Shown piece by piece: positions 28,132-35,438 of a stretch of DNA of 41,917 nt. A program made the translations under genes and the position numbers. The notes under the pieces were generated by a model that was given only the letters and a program-made list of their open reading frames with translations, did no database searches and had not been told where the DNA came from. Source of the DNA: Thermoplasmata archaeon (lineage in GTDB: Archaea; Thermoplasmatota; Thermoplasmata; Thermoplasmatales; Thermoplasmataceae). Numbering within the stretch: the stretch's first letter is position 1; the number at the start of each line of letters is the position of its first letter. The DNA is taken from assembly GCA_021792595.1 (NCBI GenBank), contig JAJYUI010000001.1, positions 1 through 41,917 of the forward strand, given 5' to 3'.

Positions 28132-29798
28132 GCCACTTCCGTTGTGTATCCCACATGTTCCCTGATGGACGCCATTGCGTAACCCTTGGCCTGCGATACG
28201 GTCACATATGGTGGCATAGGCTTTGCGTCCGGGTCCGTGAGTACCTCTAGTATATATGGGCCGTGTGAGGAGAGCATTTTCCTTATTCCGTCCTTCAGGC
28301 TGTCTCCAGCCTCCATTCTCGCCGATGGAATTCCATATGCTTCTGCTATGGTTGAAAAGTCAGGGTTTTTCAGATCAATACCCCATTGGGGGTATCCCAG
28401 AACCTCCTGCTCAAATTTTATCATGCCCAACTTTCCATTATTGAATATCACGAACTTAACGGGCAGACCATACTTGACCACGGTCGACAGTTCCACCATG
28501 GTCATTGCAAAGCCACCGTCGCCCACCGCAGATATGACCTGTCTCTTTGTCGAAAGCGCCACTCCGATGGAACCCGGGACGGAATTACCCATTGAGGCAA
28601 GCGCCCCTGAGAACAGAAACCTGTTGGAACCGGCAGCCCTGAAGTGCCTGGCTATCCATACAGTGGTATTCCCCGTATCTGTCACAATGACCGAGTCTCT
28701 ATCTGCCTCTTCGGAAATGAGTCTGCTGAGCATCTTTGGGTTGACCAGGTCTGATTCCGCGTTCTCCTGCCTGAGCAGTTCCCTGAGCCATCTCTTCTTG
28801 CTCTCTTCAAGCTCAAGGAAGAATTTGTGTTTCTTTTCTGCTACGCCTTCCTGCACGCGCGCTAAGAAGGAACCAACATCATCAACTATGGACTCTGTGA
28901 GATGTATCTGGCTTCCGGGGACGCCCGCATTGCTGTCCACCTGGATTGCATTCGTCTCCCGTGGTATGAACTTGAAATAAGGGAAGGAGGTTCCCAGCAT
29001 TAGGATGAGATCGGCCTTCCCCATCGCGTCCACCGATGGTCTTGTTCCCAGAAGGCCAAGTCCGCCCATAACCCTTGGATCACTGTCAGGCAGTACGCCT
29101 TTGCCACTCAGGGCATAAATAATGGGTGCACCAATCTTCGCTGAAAAATTATCAATCAGCGAAGAAGCACTTCTGGCCCCATTCCCAATCAATAAGACAG
29201 GTCTTTCACTTCTGTCAAGAAGCTGCTTGACTCTATCTATGTTAGGACGATATTGGACCTCAGGCAATACCGCTGTCTGAGGCAATGTCCTGGGCACACT
29301 TTCCATGAGCAGATCCACAGGCACGTTTAGATGAGCAACCCCCCTCTGGAGAACTGCTTCTATAATCGCCCTTGAAAGAATGAAAGGAGCGCTGGATGCG
29401 TCGATGAGGAGTTTGTTATAGGCGCTCACATCATCGAACAGCTTGAACATGTTCACTTCCTGATGATAGCCCCTGCCAACAAGGTCCCTCGCAACCTGCC
29501 CGGTGATCGCAAGTACCGGCGCATGATCCAGCTTGGCATCATAAAGCCCATTGAGGAGATGGATAGAACCCGGCCCAGAAGTTCCGAAACACGCAGATAT
29601 GTGGCCATTGAACTTTGAGTCAAATGAAGCTGCAAATGCTGCGCCTTCTTCATGTCTCGTTTGCACGTACTTGATTTCGGGAGTCTTTCTCACAGCTTCT
29701 ACTAAAGGATCAATGGAGTCGCCGGGTATCCCATATATTCTCTTTATCCCGAATGACACCATCGTATCCACCATATTTTCAGCTACAGTTCCAGACAT
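28128..29798 (-). CDS. Thiamine-diphosphate enzyme of the pyruvate oxidase / pyruvate:quinone oxidoreductase (PoxB) family
   Basis: ..IYGIPGDSIDPLVEAV..TRHEEGAAFAAS..FGTSGPGSIHLLNGLYDAKLDHAPVLAITGQV.. is PoxB-like rather than acetolactate-synthase-like. A C-terminal TPP-binding region ..GDGGF.M....L.T.V....P.K.VIFNN.. is present. Confidence 0.82.
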   Translation of the reverse strand: MSGTVAENMVDTMVSFGIKRIYGIPGDSIDPLVEAVRKTPEIKYVQTRHEEGAAFAASFDSKFNGHISACFGTSGPGSIHLLNGLYDAKLDHAPVLAITGQVARDLVGRGYHQEVNMFKLFDDVSAYNKLLIDASSAPFILSRAIIEAVLQRGVAHLNVPVDLLMESVPRTLPQTAVLPEVQYRPNIDRVKQLLDRSERPVLLIGNGARSASSLIDNFSAKIGAPIIYALSGKGVLPDSDPRVMGGLGLLGTRPSVDAMGKADLILMLGTSFPYFKFIPRETNAIQVDSNAGVPGSQIHLTESIVDDVGSFLARVQEGVAEKKHKFFLELEESKKRWLRELLRQENAESDLVNPKMLSRLISEEADRDSVIVTDTGNTTVWIARHFRAAGSNRFLFSGALASMGNSVPGSIGVALSTKRQVISAVGDGGFAMTMVELSTVVKYGLPVKFVIFNNGKLGMIKFEQEVLGYPQWGIDLKNPDFSTIAEAYGIPSARMEAGDSLKDGIRKMLSSHGPYILEVLTDPDAKPMPPYVTVSQAKGYAMASIREHVGYTTEVA

Positions 29799-29897
29799 TT
29801 CAACTACCGATCCTAGATGTTAGCAGGCATTACATCTGGAACCGTTTACATGTAAACATAATAGAAAAGCGTGAATAATGGCCACTCTGGAAATAAA

Positions 29898-30521
29898 TTA
29901 TCGGACTGACTCGAGCTGAAGTTCCACGATCTTCCTCACGGATCTGCGGATGATGTTGCTCAGGGCAGTTGCGCTGATGGATAGGTCTGCTGCGAGCTCC
30001 CTGACAGTGGTTCTGCGCTTGTCATCAAAAAGTCCCCTTTCATGGGCAATAAGCAGTATTTCCATCTCTCTCGCAGTGAGGGAAAGTGGGTAGGCAACCT
30101 CACCAGCGGAGAGGAGAGTTGCCCGCAGCCCGCCCGTCTTCAATATTTCCACGATTGCCTCTGCAGCCCTGGGATTGGAGCACAGGATTGTATACTCAAC
30201 GGAATCCGTCGAATGGAACTGTGATCTTATAATAAGTGAATACATGGAAGCCATAAGCCTGCATGCGCTGCAAGCTCGTGATCTGCACCAGATCTTATCG
30301 CTTCCAACCTTGGTGGTCAATGGTATTGCTTCCTTGATTGATCTCAGCTTGGCTTTATCCAGATGGCGTATGGAGAGAAGGTGATTGCTCTGGGCTTCCC
30401 CAGGGCTCACACGCTCCAGGTTGAATTCTGCAATGTTAGGGATGAAGAAGTTTGCGACGTCACAGTCTCCTCGGTCGACTTTTATTGTTGCAACAGTAGC
30501 AAATGCCATTATTACCCCCAT
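29898..30521 (-). CDS. HTH_10 (bacterio-opsin activator-type) transcriptional regulator
   Basis: The C-terminus ..LTAREMEILLIAHERGLFDDKRRTTVRELAADLSISATALSNIIRRSVRKIVE.. is the typical archaeal HTH_10 module. The N-terminal domain contains CRSRACSAC (C-x4-C-x2-C). Confidence 0.7.
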   Translation of the reverse strand: MGVIMAFATVATIKVDRGDCDVANFFIPNIAEFNLERVSPGEAQSNHLLSIRHLDKAKLRSIKEAIPLTTKVGSDKIWCRSRACSACRLMASMYSLIIRSQFHSTDSVEYTILCSNPRAAEAIVEILKTGGLRATLLSAGEVAYPLSLTAREMEILLIAHERGLFDDKRRTTVRELAADLSISATALSNIIRRSVRKIVELQLESVR

Positions 30522-30756
30522 TAGCAGTTGATGAGCTTATTAACAGTTTTGCGTCAATAAGGTCTTTGCACCTGACGCCAATCTTGCACATAATATAGGA
30601 TCACCCATAAACACCGCCCAAGAGGTGTTTTTAGGTTCGAAGGTACTCAACACGCCCTCCCAACCATCTTCCTGGGGGCAAAAAAATAAATCCAATACTT
30701 CGGGCGGATTACTTGTCAACTGTTGTGATTAAGACCCATATGAAAATATCACAAGA

Positions 30757-31221
30757 ATGACACAACGCGAGAGCTTTCTGAACGAGGAGCACACTGAACT
30801 GCTGGCTGAGATAAGTGAGATGTCGGCAACACCGGGGGAAACTGGCAAACTTTTCACTGAGCTGCTGAATATATTCAGTGCTCACCTGGACCGCGAAGAG
30901 GAAACGGTGTTGCCTCTTCTCGGATATCTACGCGACAGTGTTGAGAGCCTAGTTGAAGTGAGTGACAGCCTGTTTAAGGCGGGCAAAGATTTCAGGACTG
31001 AATACGAGACCATGGAGAATGAGCATAATGCAATGGACAACATTATGAAGACCATAGAGCCCAATGATGCCTCCGGGAAAGTTATGGAATTAATCCGTCA
31101 TATCAGGCACCATGTAATGTTGGAGAGCGAGATAATCTACCCAGCAACGATGACGGCGGCAAACATCGTAATCTCTCGTACCGGGGCAAAGGGGAAGTGG
31201 CGATCTGGAACTGAATTATGA
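30757..31221 (+). CDS. Hemerythrin-like (HHE cation-binding) domain protein
   Basis: Two H...EE..l.P repeats (..AHLDREEETVLPLL.. and ..HHVMLESEIIYPA..), plus the upstream ..EEHTELL.. and ..NEHNAMD.. His/Glu positions. Confidence 0.7.
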   Translation: MTQRESFLNEEHTELLAEISEMSATPGETGKLFTELLNIFSAHLDREEETVLPLLGYLRDSVESLVEVSDSLFKAGKDFRTEYETMENEHNAMDNIMKTIEPNDASGKVMELIRHIRHHVMLESEIIYPATMTAANIVISRTGAKGKWRSGTEL

Positions 31222-31249
31222 CGTTCCATGCTGCATTTTCCGAACTGCA

Positions 31250-31743
31250 AAACCAGGAGAAACACCCTTGCTTCCAGTGCAGCCTTGCATCCACTTCCGG
31301 CTGCAGCCACGGCCTTCCTGTACCGGTGATCGGCAAGATCACCGGCAATATACACCCCTTCGTAACCTGTTAAGACCTCTTCGGCTGTCTGCACATATCC
31401 CGGTTCATCCAGGGGAGCACACCTTTGGGAAACTCACTGTTGAGATTTCCCCCTATGGCGACAGAGAGCCCATCTGCTCTCAACAGAGTGTCTTCGCCTG
31501 ATTTGTAGTTTCGTGTTTTAACCGCCTCAAGCTTATTTGCACTGATCAGGTCAACAACCTCGGATTCCCGGAGCACACTGATCCTTCTATGGGCTATTGT
31601 GACATAGTCGGGCAAATCGCAAGAAGCAGAGAATCTTCCATTGCTATGTCTCCTCCCCCCGCACTACATCCTCCAATCATGATTACAGTTTCAGTGCAGC
31701 AAAGGTACTTCCCGTGTAGTGATTGGAGTGCCCCCGTCTTCTT
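31250..31743 (-). pseudogene. trxB: Thioredoxin reductase relic (central and C-terminal parts, at least three frame disruptions)
   Basis: Fragments lie in different frames. The first is ..GKYLCCTETVIMIGG(CSAG)GGDIAMEDSLLLA.. (cf. CATCDG..VIGGGDSAMEEA). The second is ..LPDYVTIAHRRISVLRESE...LLRADGLSVAIGGNLNSEF.. (cf. VTLIHRRD.FRA...DGVF..IG..PN). The third is ..PLDEPGYVQTAEEVLTGYEGVYIAGDLADHRYRKAVAAAGSGCKAALEA.. (cf. GYI..D..T..PGVFAAGD....YRQ...AAG.GC.AAL). Confidence 0.8.
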
Positions 31744-33444
31744 TCACGCATCACCATATACGTATGAGTTGGGTAGGTACGCTGCAAGTGCTGTACCGTT
31801 ATGGCTCCAGGAGGATTCCATGGACTGCTCGTAGAAGCACACATTCATCGGATTCGCAGTGCCGGGATTTGCTATATTAGTGACATCCATCTCAGTGAAA
31901 CTCATGAACGTGCTGGTCGTGTAAGCGGGAACGCTTTGGGATGCCTCTACGGCCAGGGTAATTCCTCCCCCAGCCACCGCAATTCCATAGATAGCCAGTA
32001 CACTCGAGGCACCCAGAGTTTCCGGTGCCGCTGCCACCGCTACTATCGCAAAGGCTAATCCCAGTGCGGCGAGCACGATCCCTGCTGTCGCATCTTTATA
32101 GCTCTGCTGCTCCTGAGCACTCTCAAATGTACTGGATTCGAAGGAATAGTTGACAAAGTCCAGGTACGATCCTGCAGGAATTGAATAACGGGACTGTTTG
32201 GTGAACTTATCTAAGAGAGAGTGCCATGGGAAACTAAGCGCATTTGATGCGTTCTTGAAGTGATACATGTTTTCGAGAAATCCCCCCGTGTAGACAAAAG
32301 ATCCGTTGTTGGCATTCTCGATTCCAACTGTTATCCTAAGGGCCGATCCGGCATAACTGCAATATGAGCCTACAGTGTCGTAGTAGTCTATCTTCTGAAG
32401 CACCCCAAGAAACTCGAAATGGCCGAAGCCTATCACACTGAGGTTCTCATAGAGAATTCCCGGGTTGGCACTATCGGAAATGGCAGAACCTCCGCCAGTA
32501 TAGCTGAAGGCAGCGGAAGAATAGCTGCAGAAAGGGTTGCTGCTTATGAATGGTGACGAATATTGGTTACCGCCCGTGGCGTAGGTCTGGTCACTGTCAA
32601 TGGAGAACGAGGTAGAACCACGGAAGACGGTGAGGGAGTAAGCTAACTCTGCCGTGGAATTATACGCAACGTTTCCAAAAAATAGTGGATATGGCCCCCA
32701 GTACTGATATACGTGCTGGGCCACTATCTTGTAAGATGGACATGGGGCAGGCCCGATTATGCGCTGTGGCTGACCATCAGATAGATTTGAAGTTCCTCCA
32801 TTACTCCAGGGAATCACGGTTGGCTTGTTACTCATCGTAAAGAGTATGTTCTGGTAGAACACAAACGAATGAGTTGTATGATCACTGAACGCCCTGTTCC
32901 ATGGGTTGAACTGGATGTTGTTGTAGTATGGGTAAATGTATGTATTGTTTCTGTACAGGAACTGATACGTGGCGTCAATCGTCATAGAAATGGATATTGA
33001 TTTTTCTGACGGTTCTGTATAGATACGTCTGTACTCTTTAATGATCTTCTGGAATTCCTTATTAAGAATGACATGAACGATCCCGTTATCAGCAACTCCC
33101 GAGGTATTGAACAATTCAACGTTAACTGAGTTGTTTTCAAGCGACCCTGTCACGTTTACTGATCGTGAGCCGGAGGCCCCAAAGAGTGGCATTATGGCGA
33201 ATATCTCTATGCTTACGTTTGACATGTTGTGGGCATCAAAGATCGGGGAATATCCAACATCCTGGTTTGAGTGCCCGGAATAAGATATGCCGGATGAGTT
33301 ACCGGTGAACTGCACTTGCAGTTCAAGCTTGGGAGAATGAAACCCGTAATTCTCTTCGTTAACCCACATGAATGCAAATAAAGCTGAGAAGATCAGGATT
33401 GACGATGCGACCACCGAGAACAATACTTTCTCATGCTTGCTCAT
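31744..33444 (-). CDS. Orphan membrane protein, probably a heavily N-glycosylated surface protein (566 aa from ATG 33444)
   Basis: N-terminal signal/anchor helix (VLFSVVASSILIFSALFAFMWV), then a ~430-aa Asn/Ser/Tyr/Gly-rich domain with about 14 N-x-S/T sequons. Near the C-terminus is a ~45-aa very hydrophobic Ala/Gly/Ile/Val stretch. I recognise no family. The track ORF starts 22 codons further upstream (33510), but the TATA-like box position favours 33444. Confidence 0.6.
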   Translation of the reverse strand: MSKHEKVLFSVVASSILIFSALFAFMWVNEENYGFHSPKLELQVQFTGNSSGISYSGHSNQDVGYSPIFDAHNMSNVSIEIFAIMPLFGASGSRSVNVTGSLENNSVNVELFNTSGVADNGIVHVILNKEFQKIIKEYRRIYTEPSEKSISISMTIDATYQFLYRNNTYIYPYYNNIQFNPWNRAFSDHTTHSFVFYQNILFTMSNKPTVIPWSNGGTSNLSDGQPQRIIGPAPCPSYKIVAQHVYQYWGPYPLFFGNVAYNSTAELAYSLTVFRGSTSFSIDSDQTYATGGNQYSSPFISSNPFCSYSSAAFSYTGGGSAISDSANPGILYENLSVIGFGHFEFLGVLQKIDYYDTVGSYCSYAGSALRITVGIENANNGSFVYTGGFLENMYHFKNASNALSFPWHSLLDKFTKQSRYSIPAGSYLDFVNYSFESSTFESAQEQQSYKDATAGIVLAALGLAFAIVAVAAAPETLGASSVLAIYGIAVAGGGITLAVEASQSVPAYTTSTFMSFTEMDVTNIANPGTANPMNVCFYEQSMESSWSHNGTALAAYLPNSYVYGDA

Positions 33445-33522
33445 TGACCCAAGACGGGACCTGATCCCTTCTGCAATAATTTTCACTTGTAAACACTCTC
33501 TACAGCGCATCTTGCTGATACG

Positions 33523-33533
33523 TATAAATATAT
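33523..33533 (-). promoter_or_regulatory. Putative TATA box of the orphan membrane-protein gene
   Basis: The minus strand has ATATATTTATA ending 12 nt upstream of the ATG at 33510 and about 80 nt upstream of the ATG at 33444. It lies about 23 bp from the left end of the IS. Confidence 0.35.
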
Positions 33534-33555
33534 TTGCTGCAAAGATAAAATGGCA

Positions 33556-33560
33556 GTGTC
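33556..33560. repeat. Target-site duplication GTGTC (left copy)
   Basis: GTGTC immediately precedes IRL and is repeated immediately after IRR (35318-35322). Confidence 0.8.
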
Positions 33561-33578
33561 CGTGACTTTACATGATTT
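33561..33578. repeat. IRL of the IS
   Basis: Its reverse complement is identical to 35300-35317 (18/18). Confidence 0.9.
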
Positions 33579-33743
33579 GACCTCCGAACTTCCTCGAATA
33601 CCGTGAAATAGGGCATTTTTGGCTGTCTTTTTGTGGGTACACGCTCTTTTGTTGGATAAGTGTTCTTTACAGTCCAATCTACTAAGGTTTTGTATGACCA
33701 TTCCAACAACAATATTTAATAGTGTGGGTACACTATCATAGTG

Positions 33744-35237
33744 ATGCCCTATCTGGTCTGGAAGCAATCCGGAAAGAACAGGTACCTGGTCATGAGGTGG
33801 AAGAAACGGATCAACGGCATTCCTGCTGTGGTGAAGGAGATCAGCATAGGGAACATCGAGAATCTTGCCAGGATCGTTGAGGGTGATCTCTCCGGCATCG
33901 ATCTGGTATCCTACGGATACGGTGTCACCGCCTCCGTCATGGCTATGGATAAGGAGATTGGCCTCAGGGAGACCATAGACACCGTCATGGGACACCGTGA
34001 GAACGGACTGTCGCCGGGGGATTACGCACTGATATTCATCATGAACAGGCTGTCTGATCCCGGGTCAAAATCTGGGATGGGGGAATGGATGGTCAACGAT
34101 TTTGCCTCCACGCTTTTCCGTCCGGTGACTGCCCAGGGGTTCTGGAACCTCATGGATCGATTCAGTGACACAGACATGAAGCTGATAAGGGAGAGGATCA
34201 GGGAGAGGCTGATTTCGCTGGGCTACGATCATTCCAGGCTGTTTGTGGACGGGTCCAACCTCTACACATTCATGCAGCAGAACGACATGGCCAGGAAGGG
34301 ACACAACAAGAAGCACCGTTATGACCTGAACCAGGTTTCATACCATATGGCCTCGAATTACGATTATATACCGTTCGACGGAGACTCGTATCCAGGCAAC
34401 ATACCGGATTCGAAGAGCTTTGGCATGATAGTGGAGAATACCCCGGAGGATGCCATCCTCATATTTGACAGGGGCTACAACTCAGAGGATAATGTCAGGA
34501 GGATAATGAAGAGAAAATACATCGGGGCGCTGATACAGTCTGATCACAGGGATCTCATGGCGATGCCCCTGCCCAGGGATTCCTCCCTGGAGACGAGGAA
34601 AGTCGTCTACGGGATAGACCACAGGATCATCCTCTACCACAGCACCAAACTGGAGAGAAAGCGCATAATCTCCTTCATGAAGAGGTTCCGCAGGGTATAT
34701 TCGAAGGCCAGGAAGATCATGCAGTCTGGAGATTCAGACTCCCTCCAGAAGGCACAATACTACCTGGAGGCGGAGAACCTCAACGAGACCATACTGCTGC
34801 CCTCCATGAAAATAAATGGTGAGAGGATGAGGGAACGTTTCTCCATGCTCGGAAAGAGTGCCCTCTTCACGGACATTGAGGGGGAGAAGCCCGAGGACCT
34901 GATCGATCTTTACAGGAAGAGGAACAGGGTGGAGCACTGTTTCCGCACAATCAGCATGGGGGATCTCATGTCCCCCATCTATCACTGGACACCGCAGAAG
35001 ATCAGGGTCCACATGTTCTTCTCATATCTCGCATACCTGTTCCTTGCCCTGATCTACAACCGCATCAGGACAAGTATCGATACGGTCTCGCTGATCACCA
35101 GCATTGACATACTGCGTCAGATCAGGATAGTGTACGTTTCAAGAGGCACGAAAACGGAGAACCGGATTGACACCAGGACCCCGGAAGCAAGACTCGTGGC
35201 AGAAAGGCTGAGGCTGCTCGATCTGGCAAAGCCTTAG
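33744..35237 (+). CDS. DDE transposase (IS4 superfamily)
   Basis: Candidate catalytic residues lie in ..RLFVDGSNLYTF.., ..ILIFDRGYNSEDN.. and the Y-x2-R-x3-E signature ..DLYRKRNRVEHCF... The ATG at 33744 lies 1 codon after the GTG used by the track. Confidence 0.85.
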   Translation: MPYLVWKQSGKNRYLVMRWKKRINGIPAVVKEISIGNIENLARIVEGDLSGIDLVSYGYGVTASVMAMDKEIGLRETIDTVMGHRENGLSPGDYALIFIMNRLSDPGSKSGMGEWMVNDFASTLFRPVTAQGFWNLMDRFSDTDMKLIRERIRERLISLGYDHSRLFVDGSNLYTFMQQNDMARKGHNKKHRYDLNQVSYHMASNYDYIPFDGDSYPGNIPDSKSFGMIVENTPEDAILIFDRGYNSEDNVRRIMKRKYIGALIQSDHRDLMAMPLPRDSSLETRKVVYGIDHRIILYHSTKLERKRIISFMKRFRRVYSKARKIMQSGDSDSLQKAQYYLEAENLNETILLPSMKINGERMRERFSMLGKSALFTDIEGEKPEDLIDLYRKRNRVEHCFRTISMGDLMSPIYHWTPQKIRVHMFFSYLAYLFLALIYNRIRTSIDTVSLITSIDILRQIRIVYVSRGTKTENRIDTRTPEARLVAERLRLLDLAKP

Positions 35238-35299
35238 TGTACCCACAGCATGCCTACGTAAATGCCCTTTAGTCCGCAGTGGGTGGAAACCGAGCTGAA

Positions 35300-35317
35300 A
35301 AATCATGTAAAGTCACG
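35300..35317. repeat. IRR of the IS
   Basis: Reverse complement of IRL (18/18). Confidence 0.9.
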
Positions 35318-35322
35318 GTGTC
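35318..35322. repeat. Target-site duplication GTGTC (right copy)
   Basis: Identical to 33556-33560 and directly abutting IRR. Confidence 0.8.
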
Positions 35323-35438
35323 TGAGTCTTGTATGCGGCACCGGAAGCAGCACTTTCCTGCCGGATCCAAATGATGTCGGGCAATATTGATGAGCACCGT
35401 TGAACAATTAGTTATATCGTATATTCATAGACCTGTGA

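Larger units (their letters stand above)
33561..35317 (+). mobile_element. Intact insertion sequence (1757 bp) with one DDE transposase gene, IS4 superfamily (IS1634/ISH3-like)
   Basis: The perfect 18-bp terminal inverted repeats are CGTGACTTTACATGATTT (33561-33578) and AAATCATGTAAAGTCACG (35300-35317). The element has a 5-bp direct repeat GTGTC on both flanks, matching subterminal boxes at equal offsets, and a single uninterrupted 497-aa ORF. Confidence 0.88.

Noticed and set aside
28186-28980. 264-aa plus-strand ORF inside the PoxB-like gene
   Set aside because: It is antisense to a strongly supported CDS. The product is Ser/Leu/Pro/Thr-rich and low-complexity, as is typical of shadow ORFs. 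It has no motifs and no start context.
30740-30760. Six-codon uORF (MKISQE) whose TGA overlaps the hemerythrin-like gene ATG
   Set aside because: It is very short and has no RBS or conservation evidence. Such mini-ORFs are expected by chance in AT-rich leaders.
33445-33510. 22-codon N-terminal extension (MRCRECLQVKIIAEGIRSRLGS) of the orphan membrane protein
   Set aside because: The TATA-like box ends only 12 nt upstream of this ATG, so transcription probably starts downstream of it. The ATG at 33444 gives a standard charged-then-hydrophobic signal/anchor. The extension is kept only as an alternative.
33483-33995. 170-aa minus-strand ORF spanning the left end of the IS
   Set aside because: It crosses the IS boundary and target duplication and is antisense to the transposase N-terminus, so it cannot be an ancestral gene. 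It has no motifs.
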